Shown here in pieces: positions 21,301 to 30,051 of a DNA stretch of 64,000 nucleotides. This stretch comes from an uncultured Chloroflexia bacterium (lineage in GTDB: Bacteria; Chloroflexota; Anaerolineae; JAAYZQ01): contig CAVOXA010000010.1 of the NCBI GenBank assembly GCA_963700285.1, positions 1,536,001 through 1,600,000 of the forward strand. Reading direction: 5' to 3'. Position 1 is the stretch's first letter. Every line of letters starts with the position of its first letter. A model generated the notes under the pieces. That model saw only the letters and a list, made by a program, of their open reading frames with translations, did not search any database and was not told the DNA's origin. A program made the position numbers and the translations under genes.

Positions 21301-23658
21301 TGGAAGGGCGGCGAGAAGCCCATGGACTTTGCCTACCTCAACGCCGTCATCAAGAGCACCGAATTCCCGCCCTACGACCCCTGGTTCGCCGGCGGCTACC
21401 TCAACTACTACTATTTTGGCCAGGTAATGGCTGGCACCCTCATCAAGCTCATCGGCATCGTGCCCGCCGTGGCCTACAACCTCATAGTCCCCGCCTGGTA
21501 CGCCATGACCGCCATGGGCGCCTTTAGCGTCACCTACAATCTGGTCGCCCGCCGCAGCCAGTCCCAAACTACCCGCGACTGGGAGTCCAAAACTGGTTCG
21601 GGGCATTCGCCCCAGCCGGACGAGTCCGAGACCCGGCCCCTGCGCCCTCTCTTTTTCGGCTTTCTGGGCGCTCTCTTTGTGGCCGTGCTCGGCAACCTGG
21701 GCCAGTTGCCCAACCTCCTGGTCAAGCTGGGCGAGGGCATGGTCCAGTCCTTCCAGAGCACCATCCCCGGCCTGGCCGGACTGGTCCGCGTCACCGTCGG
21801 CACCTTCGAGATGCTCTTTAACGGCCGCGTCCTGCCCATGCGTCCCGACGAATGGTACTGGAATGCCAGCCGCGCCATTCCCGCCGGACCCTACGAGGCC
21901 GTTATCACCGAGTTTCCCTTCTTCACCTTCCTCTTTGCCGATCTGCATGCCCACCTCATCGCCATGCCCCTCACCTTCCTGTCCCTGGCCATCGCCCTGG
22001 CCGTCATCGTGGAAGCCGCGGGCCCGCGAGAAGTCGCGGGCACGCAAGAAACTGCGGGGCCGCAAGAAGGTGGCTGGCAGGGCCTCATCCGCAGGCTGGC
22101 GACCCTGTTCCTTTGGGCGCTGGCCATCGGTGCCATGCGCACCACCAACACCTGGGACGTTCCGCCCCACCTCATCATCGTCTTTGGCGCCCTCGTCATC
22201 GCCGAGGCCACCAGAGCATTCGCATCCAGACCACAACACCCGGTACGCCATCCCGATCCAGAGTTTGTACAAGGTGTAAATGACGTATCTGTCATTGCGA
22301 GCGCAGCGAAGCAATCTCTACCTCCAACCACCCACCGCTGGCTCCGACTCCTCTTTTCCGTTGCCTGGCAATTCGCCCTCGTCTTCCTCCTGAGCTGGAC
22401 CCTCCTCTACCGCCCCTTCTGGGACAACTATGGCTCGTTCTACAACAGCCTCGCCCTCTGGACCGGGACCCGCTCTGTGCTCTGGGCCTACCTCGTCGTC
22501 CACGGCCTCTTTCTCTTTGCTATCATCAGCTATCTCTGCGCCCGTGTGCTCGGCGACTGGCGCCAGGACCCGCTGCTGCGCCGCGTAGCGCTGACCCTCC
22601 GCTACCGCCGTCGCCGCCGCCTGCGCGACGTGGCCCGCATCGCCGGCGTCCGCGGCCTGCCCGTCACCAGGCTCCTCTGGGTCCTGCTTGCCCTCCTCAT
22701 CCTCCTCGAACTCGCCTTCATCATCCCCGGGCTCTTTTCCTTCGCCCGGCCCCTGGCCGGTACCGTCGAGGCCGGCGCCTACGTCTATCGCGGCCTGGCC
22801 GTCTTTGCCCTGGGCCTGCCCCTGGCCGTCCTGGGCCTGCTGCTGCTCTTCCGCCCCCGTATCTCGCCCACCGAACGCTTCTGGGTCTACCTCGTCCTCT
22901 TGGGCCTGGCCATGACCCTCGGCGTCGAACTCGTCGTCCTCCAGGGCGACATCGGCCGCATGAACACCATATTCAAATTCTACGTCCAGGTCTGGCTCAT
23001 CTGGGGCGTCACCGCCGCCGCCGCCCTGGCCTGGATGGTGCCCCGCTTGTGGAAATGGCGGCAAGGGCGTGTCCTGTGGCTCGCCGTCTTGGCCGTGCTG
23101 CTCTTCCTCGCCACCCTCTACCCACCCCTGGCCATCTGGGCCAAGGTCAACGACCGCTTTGACACCGATCTGGGGCCGGGTCTCGACGGCCTGGCCTACA
23201 TGCAGACGGCCAACTACTGGGATCCCGCCGACGCCCACTATGACCTCAAGTGGGATCTGGAAGCCATCCAGTGGCTCCAGGACAACGTCGCCGGCTCGCC
23301 CACCATCATGGAGGGCCACGCGCCCGAGTACCGTTGGGGCGCCCGCTATTCCATCAATACCGGCCTGCCCGCCGTCATTGGCTGGAACTGGCACCAGCGC
23401 CAGCAGCGCGCCGGCGCCAACGACCGCGAAGTCTGGGACCGCGTTGGCGACGTCGCTACCTTCTACAATACAACCTCCCCCGAAGCCGCAAGCCAGATCC
23501 TGGACCGCTACAACGTGAGCTATGTCATCTACGGCCCCCTCGAGCGCGCCAACTATGACTCTCCCGGCCAGGAGAAATTCGACCAAATGGTAGCCAGCGG
23601 CACCCTACAACCCGTCTTTACCAACGGAAAAGTAACCATCTATCGCGTGACAGAATGA
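18352..23658 (+). CDS. Large GT-C membrane protein: PMT/ArnT-like (GT39/83) domain fused to DUF2298 (Chloroflexi/Archaea YYY) domain
   Basis: HIHPDER, HYFSVD, KSVRYFLP (PMT-like); GGEKPMDFAYLNA..PPYDPWFAGGYLNYYYFG, ITEFPFFTFLFADLHAH, NTWD, RMNTIFKFY, GWNWHQRQQR (DUF2298). Confidence 0.88.
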   Translation: MGTSDKTDKHTRSHTGWIILLLLAILLLGAIFRFYNVNWDKGTYHIHPDERHTTMVVSAIQWPASLGEYFDTSRSPLNPRNAGSVYFYGTLPLFLTKAVAAQADSFLDLFRQPPQLAQGSDQIAGLTIPASLSSYDQIHLVGRVLSALFDLGSVLLLFFLARRLFDWRVGLIASFLLALTVLNIQGSHYFSVDTFLTFFVLLTIWFTLDVAEGKGWPVFLGLGLAMGLTLAAKVSVFLLVIVVALGAWLRVRHQVFGGRSPRSAFLRTTGGLMLAALVSIFVFRLAQPYAWAGPNYDRYDTVPEPWGQRLRFFEAVPEPIRAVIMPNPQWIADIVSAGAQQTGEADMPWGRQWTERAPWLWPLENILLWALGLPIGIAAILGIILAITNLIRAWRKTRTQPHLATPSPPHPISPSPLLLVPLTWVLLTFFWQGMQYVKSVRYFLPIFPYLSMFAAYLVVSAWDWAKVKGRGAKILAGALATLVLVGALAWAWAFLQIYREPITRVQATRWMYENIESGATLHYRDLDGETGQFQIPLPSTQEYTIDGRWITNAFTAPQDLIATTLVMNNLTGLYGPVDGAFEVQILADLADEVPLARAQIEATFGGPASLAKTQKLVFKLGDVPLAEGQHYYLQTRPLSGAPLVSKGAAIANEHFDDPLPFNMDGRVAFGSGSYRGLDLALYNEDTPEELEAVLDILDEADYISMSSGRLWQSIPRLPMRYPVTTRYYELLFAEQLGFEKAAEFHSYPRLFGFEFDDTWAEEQFTVYDHPKVLIYRKTAAYDRDQARALLSDGVDWDNIAHWLNPRDVPEWKRTHQQEQQSDQEGAGDLKLTAAQRQVQEQGGTWSKIFDRGSLPNRWPTLTWLLLLAVVGLAALPLTLAILGQLPDHGYILARLVGVLMLAWLAWVLTNYTPLNYTRGTIALALALITFVSWGSLIFPGQRRRLLDLWRTRRGLILASELLFLGFFALIWLTRWANPNLWHAWKGGEKPMDFAYLNAVIKSTEFPPYDPWFAGGYLNYYYFGQVMAGTLIKLIGIVPAVAYNLIVPAWYAMTAMGAFSVTYNLVARRSQSQTTRDWESKTGSGHSPQPDESETRPLRPLFFGFLGALFVAVLGNLGQLPNLLVKLGEGMVQSFQSTIPGLAGLVRVTVGTFEMLFNGRVLPMRPDEWYWNASRAIPAGPYEAVITEFPFFTFLFADLHAHLIAMPLTFLSLAIALAVIVEAAGPREVAGTQETAGPQEGGWQGLIRRLATLFLWALAIGAMRTTNTWDVPPHLIIVFGALVIAEATRAFASRPQHPVRHPDPEFVQGVNDVSVIASAAKQSLPPTTHRWLRLLFSVAWQFALVFLLSWTLLYRPFWDNYGSFYNSLALWTGTRSVLWAYLVVHGLFLFAIISYLCARVLGDWRQDPLLRRVALTLRYRRRRRLRDVARIAGVRGLPVTRLLWVLLALLILLELAFIIPGLFSFARPLAGTVEAGAYVYRGLAVFALGLPLAVLGLLLLFRPRISPTERFWVYLVLLGLAMTLGVELVVLQGDIGRMNTIFKFYVQVWLIWGVTAAAALAWMVPRLWKWRQGRVLWLAVLAVLLFLATLYPPLAIWAKVNDRFDTDLGPGLDGLAYMQTANYWDPADAHYDLKWDLEAIQWLQDNVAGSPTIMEGHAPEYRWGARYSINTGLPAVIGWNWHQRQQRAGANDREVWDRVGDVATFYNTTSPEAASQILDRYNVSYVIYGPLERANYDSPGQEKFDQMVASGTLQPVFTNGKVTIYRVTE
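22291..22317. repeat. REP/RPE-like palindromic element inserted in frame
   Basis: GTCATTGCGAGCGCAGCGAAGCAATCT, translated VIASAAKQS; same family as the intergenic elements at 24382 and 42269-42544. Confidence 0.75.
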
Positions 23659-23743
23659 CCCACGCATCAGGCAACCCGGAACACGCATCACCTCCGAGTT
23701 CTCAAAATCGTGTAATATCCACCAGCTCACCGCATCTTAATCG

Positions 23744-24286
23744 ATGGGAGAGAAAGGACCGCTCGTGGGCCAGAGCGACGACACGGCACAGGACCAGCCC
23801 TACGCAGAACGCTACCGCCAATATCTGCCCCGCATCCTCAACTACGTCCGGCTGCGGGTAGACGGCGAAGACCTGGCCCAGGACCTCACCGCCGAGGTCT
23901 TTGAGCGAGCCATCTCCAAGCAGCACACGCTGCGCCGCCAGGAAGCCTTTGGCGGCTGGCTCTTTACCATAGCCCGCAATACTGTTGCCGCCCACTACCG
24001 CGGCCGCCGCCCGATCCTGTCCCTGGAGCAGGCCGCTGACCAATCAGCCACCCAACCATCGCCCCAAGAAGCCCTCCTGCGCCAGGAGGAACTGGCCCGC
24101 CTGCGCGCCGCCCTGTCCACCCTCTCCGACCGCGAGCAAGAGATCATCCGACTCAGATTCCTCGGCGGCCTGGGCAACAAAGAGATCGCAAAAGTCCTGC
24201 ACCTCCGCCCCGGCCACATAGCCGTCATCCTCTACCGTGCCCTACAAAAACTGCGTACCCAACTCGAACCCGACGACAAAGCCTGA
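23744..24286 (+). CDS. ECF RNA polymerase sigma-70 factor
   Basis: AQDLTAEVF, FGGWLFTIARN, LSDREQEIIRLRF..EIAKVL..YRALQKLR (regions 2 and 4). Confidence 0.92.
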   Translation: MGEKGPLVGQSDDTAQDQPYAERYRQYLPRILNYVRLRVDGEDLAQDLTAEVFERAISKQHTLRRQEAFGGWLFTIARNTVAAHYRGRRPILSLEQAADQSATQPSPQEALLRQEELARLRAALSTLSDREQEIIRLRFLGGLGNKEIAKVLHLRPGHIAVILYRALQKLRTQLEPDDKA

Positions 24287-24320
24287 CCGGCAACGCAGAA
24301 CCCGTTCGGAGTGCGCGCTC

Positions 24321-24522
24321 ATGGTGTTTGACTACCTAAATGGGTAATTGGGTTCATTTGAACACGCAACAGCCCAATCACGTCATTCTGAGCCGGAGCG
24401 CAGCGGAGGCGAAGAATCTCCACTTACTCAAGTGGAATAACTTGAAAAGCGCAGAAGAGATTCTTCGCTACGCTCAGAATGACGTACATGTAGTATTGCC
24501 CGATTAATTCGTCAAAGTCCAT
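24321..24522. mobile_element. MITE-like element with imperfect terminal inverted repeats enclosing a REP pair
   Basis: Ends ATGGTGTTTGAC..GGGTAAT and ATTGCCC..GTCAAAGTCCAT. Inside: GTCATTCTGAG..CGAAGAATCTC (24382) and GAGATTCTTCG..CTCAGAATGAC (24457-24483). Confidence 0.55.
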
Positions 24523-24694
24523 CAGCGCGCCTCACCAGCGCCCATCCACAAGCAGCTCAGGCTCCACCCGTGGTTCAAACGAAAAAACGGGGTACCCAAC
24601 CTTAGCCTTGTTTTCCTTTGCGTTCTTTGTGCCTTTGCGGTAAAGTCTTGTACCGTCAGTACACTCAAAACTAGAAACCAAGGGAGAAACACCC

Positions 24695-26072
24695 GTGTCA
24701 AACATCCTATGCATCGGCGCCGGCCACGTTGGCGGCCCGACCATGGCCGTCATCGCCAAGCACTGCCCACAGCACCGCGTCGTCGCCGTCGATATCAACG
24801 CCGAAAAGATCGCCGCCTGGCAGTCCGATCGACTGCCCATCTACGAACCCGGCCTCAAAGAAACCGTCCTCAGCGCCCGGGGCCGGAACCTCTTTTTCTC
24901 CACCGAGATCGAGCGCAACATCGCCGAGGCCGACATCATCTTTGTCAGCGTCAACACGCCCACCAAAACCTTTGGCCACGGCGCGGGCAAAGCCGCCGAT
25001 CTGCAATACTGGGAAAAAACAGCCCGCCAGATCCTGGAAAACTCCACCTCGCCCAAAATCGTCGTAGAAAAAAGCACCCTGCCCGTGCGCACCTCCGAGG
25101 CCATGGAGCGCATCCTCAACTCCAACGACAAGGGCCTCTTTTTCGACGTCATCTCCAACCCCGAATTCCTGGCCGAGGGCACCGCCATCCGCGACATGGA
25201 GGACCCCGACCGGGTGCTCATCGGCGGGCGGGAAACCGCATCGGGCCAGGTGGCCGTCCAGGCCATCGTCGACATCTATGCCCAGTGGGTGCCCCGCGAC
25301 CGGATCATCACCACCAACCTGTGGTCCAGCGAGCTGTCCAAGCTGGCGGCCAACGCCTTCCTGGCCCAGCGCATCTCCTCCATCAACGCCATCGCCAACC
25401 TCTGTGAAAAGACTGAGGCCGACGTCTCCGAGGTAGCCCACGCCATCGGCACCGATGACCGCATCGGCCCCAACTTTTTGCGGGCCAGCGTCGGCTTTGG
25501 CGGCTCCTGCTTCAAAAAAGACATCCTGAACCTGGTTTACCTCTGCGAGTATTACGGCCTATTTGAGGTGGCGGCCTATTGGGAACAGGTCGTCAAGATG
25601 AACGAGTACCAGAAAACCAGCTTTGTCGCCAAAATGGTCGACGCCATGTTCAACACCGTCGCCGGCAAGCGCATCGCCCTCTTTGGCGCCGCCTTCAAAG
25701 CCAACACCAGCGATACCCGCGAATTCCCCGGCCATCGACATCTGCCTGGAATTGCTGGAAGAGCAGGCCCAGATCGTCATCACCGACCCCTACGCCCTGG
25801 ACAACGCCCGCGAGGCCCTGGGCGAGGCCGCCGAAAACGTAATCTTTGAGCCAGATCCCTACACGGCCGCCCGGGGCGCCCATGCCATCGCCATCCTCAC
25901 CGAATGGCACCAGTTTGTCGAGCTGGACTATGAGGCCATCCAGACGGCCATGATCCAGCCCGCCTTTATCTTTGACGGCCGCAACATACTGGATCACAAG
26001 GCGCTCCACGACCTGGGCTACAACGTCTATGCCATCGGCAAGCCGCCGCTCACCCACTTTTCCGGTGCATAG
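24695..26072 (+). CDS. ugd: UDP-glucose 6-dehydrogenase; frameshift near 25725
   Basis: [11 protein letters not shown] Rossmann motif, [25 protein letters not shown] catalytic Cys; C-terminal FDGRNILD in the next frame. Confidence 0.92.
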
Positions 26073-26112
26073 CGTTCTGGCTTGGTAGGGTACGCATGCC
26101 ACAGAGGCAAAG

Positions 26113-27009
26113 ATGAGAACAAGCAGCACCGAACAATACCACGCCGAGCAAGTTTCCGCAGCCATCGACGGCCTGATCCACGGCCTCGGGGGCAAGCCGG
26201 GCCAGGCCCATCCAGGCAGCCAGCCCGCGACCACGGATCCCATCGACGCCGGCCTGCTGGACACTGCCCAGCAGTTGGCCCGCCTGCCATCGCTGCTGGG
26301 TCCGGTAGATCCCACGTTGGAGCAGCGGGTCATGCGCCGGGTCCGCGGCGCGGCCGTGCCTGAACGACCACGCCGCTTCAGGTTGGGCTGGGCCGCCGCG
26401 GGTTTGGCCGCCATCTTGCTGACCCTGGCCTTCCTCACCCCGCAGGGCCAGACCGCCCTGGCCAGTTTCATGGCCGTCTTTGACCTGGGTCGCACCGAGG
26501 TCCGCATCACCCCGGTCAATACCCCGTCGACGCTGCGCGCCACGGCAGCCGGCGAGGGCAGCACCGTCCAGGAGCACCTGACCCTGGGCGAGGCCCAGGC
26601 CCTGGTCCCTTTCACCATCCCGCGGCTGGCCTACCTGCCCTCGGGCTACAGCCTGCGCCAGGTAACCAGCCATACCTATCCCGACCTGCCCGCCTGGATC
26701 CCGCAGCCCTTCTTCGTCGAACTCGTCTACGGCGACAGCGCCGGTGGCCAAGCCACCCTGCGCGTCTATCCCATCATGTTGGGCGACCACGCCAGCATCT
26801 CCGGCCTGAATCTCGAGGCCGCTCCCATCCAGGGCGTGCAGGACGTGGACGTGAACGGACAGGCTGGCGTCCTCCTCCAGCTCGGCACCCAGGAGCACCA
26901 GACCGCCTGGCAAGAGATCGTCTGGGAGCAGGACGACCTGATCCTGGCCCTCTATGGCGCCAACCTGACCGAAGCCGACCTCTTGCGCATCGCCCGCTCG
27001 GTTCGATGA
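26113..27009 (+). CDS. Probable anti-sigma factor (single TM, DUF4367-like extracytoplasmic domain)
   Basis: N-terminal helical domain, one TM (LGWAAAGLAAILLTLAFL), LTLGEAQALVPFTIPRLAYLPSGY, VDVNGQAG, IVWEQDD..LTEADLLRIARS. Confidence 0.7.
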   Translation: MRTSSTEQYHAEQVSAAIDGLIHGLGGKPGQAHPGSQPATTDPIDAGLLDTAQQLARLPSLLGPVDPTLEQRVMRRVRGAAVPERPRRFRLGWAAAGLAAILLTLAFLTPQGQTALASFMAVFDLGRTEVRITPVNTPSTLRATAAGEGSTVQEHLTLGEAQALVPFTIPRLAYLPSGYSLRQVTSHTYPDLPAWIPQPFFVELVYGDSAGGQATLRVYPIMLGDHASISGLNLEAAPIQGVQDVDVNGQAGVLLQLGTQEHQTAWQEIVWEQDDLILALYGANLTEADLLRIARSVR

Positions 27010-27124
27010 GAGAGAATTCACCAGAGACAGAGGACAGAGATTCGTTTTGGGGAGCAACCTAGCGTGTCATCCTTCACTCACCACAGACCAGACTTCAGTA
27101 CACCCATCCAATCCCCTGCTCGAT

Positions 27125-27246
27125 ACTGTGCGAAAACACTCGTGCTGGACCCGATCCCCGCACTTTGGGGACACAGTCCAGCACCTGCGCCCACGAATCG
27201 GCGGACTGTGGTCCGCCTGGAGCTGGTGAGTGGATTTTCACACAGT
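27125..27246. mobile_element. Short IS-end remnant (inverted repeats, no transposase)
   Basis: ACTGTGCGAAAA ... TTTTCACACAGT inverted repeat (11/12 match), resembling IS1182/IS5-type ends. Flanked by CTCTGTG-type repeats near 27020 and 27315. Confidence 0.35.
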
Positions 27247-27362
27247 CTGGCTCGCGGTGGACCACAGTCCACCGCACAGGGGCACACATATAACAAAGCT
27301 CTTACAAAAAACCTCCGTGCTCTCTGTGTCTCTGTGGTTCGCTACGAACTGAGGCGGCCACC

Positions 27363-29978
27363 ATGCTAAGCGTCGTCATCTGGTGGTTGTGGATGCTGGT
27401 CATCGGGCTGGCAGCGCTGCCGCTGGCCCATCGCTTCTTCCGGCGGTTCCCCGGCCGGGGCTATGCTTTCGCCCGCCCCCTGGGGCTGCTGCTGACCACC
27501 TACGTGCTGTGGTTGGGGGGCTCCCTGGGCCTGCTGCGCAACAGCCTGGGCGGCGCGCTGTTCAGCATCCTGGCCGTCGCCGTGCTTTCCATCGTCATCT
27601 ACCGGCAGGGCCGCGCCGCCGATGAGCCCGGCCTCCTGGATTGGCTGCGGGCCAACGGGCGCCTGGTGCTGGCCGTCGAGCTGCTCTTTGCCGGAGCGCT
27701 GGCCCTCTGGTCCCTTCTGCGCGCCTACAGTCCCGATCTGACCACCGCCGGCGGCGAAAAGTTCATGGAGATCATGTACCTGAACAGCATCGGCCGCAGC
27801 GAGTACTTTCCCCCCCACGACGCCTGGCTGGGCGGCTATGGCATCAGCTACTACTATTTTGGCTACGTGATGATGGCCATGCTGGCCCGGCTCTCGGGCT
27901 TCCCGGCCCACCTGGTCTTTAACGTTGGATTGGCCAGCCTCTTTGCCCTCACCTGTACCGGCGCCTTCGGGCTGGTGTACAATCTGGTAGCCGGCACGCC
28001 GAGGGCCGCAGGGGCTGAGGGAGACGACGTCAAGCATAGGAGTCCTATCCTCTGGGGTATTTTGGGCGCCATCCTCGTCGCCGTCATGGGCAACCTCCAG
28101 GGCTTTCTGGAGACGCTCTACGCCGGCCGGCTGTTGCCCCAGCGCTTCTGGCAGTGGCTCGATATCCAGGACATCAACATACCCTTCGATCCCGCCATAG
28201 CCCCCAGCTTTGTGCCCACGAGATCCGGTTGGTGGTGGTGGCGCGCATCCCGCGTCATCCACGACCTGGATCCCCTGGGCGATTCGATGGGCATCCAGCC
28301 CATCGACGAATTCCCTGGCTTTAGCTTTCTTCTGGGCGACATGCATCCCCACGTGCTGGCCCTGCCCTTCGTGCTACTGGCCCTGGCGCTGGCCCTGAAC
28401 GCGCTGCTGTGGGGGAAGGACAGCGTTGAGGCCCCAGTGGGAAGACGGCGGTGGATGGCGTCGCTCAAGCAACCGCCCGCAGGGCTGGGTATCTTGTTCG
28501 TATCGCTTTGCCTGGGGGCACTGTCCTTTCTCAACACCTGGGACTTTCCCATCTACTGGTTGGTTTTCCTGGTCGCCTATGGGCTGGGGCGGTGGGACCA
28601 TTATGGGCAGATCAATCGCTCTCTCGCCAGGGACATGGCCATGACAGGCGGGGCCGTGGCCGTCTTGGGCTTTCTCCTCTACCTGCCCTTCTACATTGGC
28701 TTCCAATCACAGGCAGGTGGGCTCCTGCCGACCATCTATGTGGGCACCCGTTTCCGGCAGTACTTTGTCATGTTTGGCCCCTTTCTGGTGGCCGTTGCAG
28801 GTCTGCTGGCGGTTTTGGTTCTGCGCCTAAAGCAGGAGATACCGGGCCGGCGCCTGCTCGGTAGATGGGCTGCCTGGACCGCCGCTCTTCTCCTACTGCC
28901 GCTGCTACTCATGCTTCTCATCGTGGTCACCCTGCTGCTTACACCTCAGGGCCGGGATATGCTGGAGGGCGTCCGCCGCATTCCCGCTGTCTATGAGATC
29001 GTCGGTGACGCATCGTGGGGGATCTTGATGGCCCGCCTGCTGGGGGTCAAACTCCGTACCTGGGTTATGCCCCTGGTCGTCGCCGCGATGGCTGCGCTGG
29101 GCGCGGTCCTGCTATACTACTCTGGCCCTCGAGCTCCCACCCCGGAGAGAACAGAACCCAGCCACACGGCTGTACCATCCACGCCCCCAACTACCTCCTC
29201 GCATGAGGGACCAGCCCTGAGCCAATCTGCGGGATGGCTCCACTACCCGAGCGTGCGCTTTGTATTGCTCTGCGCCGTCGCCGGCCTGCTGTTGACCCTC
29301 AGCGTAGAGTTCTTTTATCTGACCGACAATTTCCGGGTGCGCATGAACACCATCTTCAAGTTCTACTTTCAGGCCTGGGTGCTGATGGCCATCGCCTGCG
29401 CATTTGCTGTCTATTGGCTGAGCCGCAGGAAGAGCTGGCTTCGCTCAGCCTTGCAGGTCACCTTCTGGCTGCTCTTTGTCATGGCCATGTTCTACCCGGT
29501 ACTGGGCAATGTCAGTCGGGCGGGAAATTTCGACCACTCGCCCACCCTGGACGGCACCGCCTATCTGAGTGGCAGCCAGCCCGACGACCATGCCGCGGTT
29601 GCCTGGCTGAACGAAAACGTGGACGGTGCGCCCATCATCCTTGAAGCGCCAGGTACCGGGGGCAGTTCCTACGTCTACGAGGGACGGATCGCAGCGCTGA
29701 CGGGCCTGCCCACGCTCCTGGGCTGGGCCGGCCACGAGGGCCAGTGGCGCGGCAGCTATGACGTCCAACGTGCACGCGAACCAGATATCGAGACCATTTA
29801 TAGCACACTCGATCTCGAGCAGGCTTTGACCCTGTTGGACAAATATGATATAACCTACGTCTACGTCGGGCAGTTGGAGCGCACCAAGTACGACGCCAGG
29901 GCACTGGACAAGTTCAGGCAATTCATGGACATAGTTTACCAAAAAGGCAACGTGACGATCTATAAAACGGGAAACTAG
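27363..29978 (+). CDS. DUF2298 (Chlor_Arch_YYY) membrane protein
   Basis: GGEKFME..PPHDAWLGGYGISYYYFG, WWWWRASRVI, IDEFPGFSFLLGDMHPH, NTWDFP, RMNTIFKFYFQ, GWAGHEGQWR. Confidence 0.9.
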   Translation: MLSVVIWWLWMLVIGLAALPLAHRFFRRFPGRGYAFARPLGLLLTTYVLWLGGSLGLLRNSLGGALFSILAVAVLSIVIYRQGRAADEPGLLDWLRANGRLVLAVELLFAGALALWSLLRAYSPDLTTAGGEKFMEIMYLNSIGRSEYFPPHDAWLGGYGISYYYFGYVMMAMLARLSGFPAHLVFNVGLASLFALTCTGAFGLVYNLVAGTPRAAGAEGDDVKHRSPILWGILGAILVAVMGNLQGFLETLYAGRLLPQRFWQWLDIQDINIPFDPAIAPSFVPTRSGWWWWRASRVIHDLDPLGDSMGIQPIDEFPGFSFLLGDMHPHVLALPFVLLALALALNALLWGKDSVEAPVGRRRWMASLKQPPAGLGILFVSLCLGALSFLNTWDFPIYWLVFLVAYGLGRWDHYGQINRSLARDMAMTGGAVAVLGFLLYLPFYIGFQSQAGGLLPTIYVGTRFRQYFVMFGPFLVAVAGLLAVLVLRLKQEIPGRRLLGRWAAWTAALLLLPLLLMLLIVVTLLLTPQGRDMLEGVRRIPAVYEIVGDASWGILMARLLGVKLRTWVMPLVVAAMAALGAVLLYYSGPRAPTPERTEPSHTAVPSTPPTTSSHEGPALSQSAGWLHYPSVRFVLLCAVAGLLLTLSVEFFYLTDNFRVRMNTIFKFYFQAWVLMAIACAFAVYWLSRRKSWLRSALQVTFWLLFVMAMFYPVLGNVSRAGNFDHSPTLDGTAYLSGSQPDDHAAVAWLNENVDGAPIILEAPGTGGSSYVYEGRIAALTGLPTLLGWAGHEGQWRGSYDVQRAREPDIETIYSTLDLEQALTLLDKYDITYVYVGQLERTKYDARALDKFRQFMDIVYQKGNVTIYKTGN

Positions 29979-30051
29979 GAAACAGGTCCCTTTGTGAGCG
30001 CGGAACACCAATTCACAGATCACGAGTCAACAGACCTGCGAGTGACAAGGG

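Noticed and set aside
22318-23586. Long antisense ORFs (also 44694..46307, 11773..12996, 62061..63341, 53627..54892)
   Set aside because: Shadow ORFs of GC-rich genes on the opposite strand, with no recognisable motifs.
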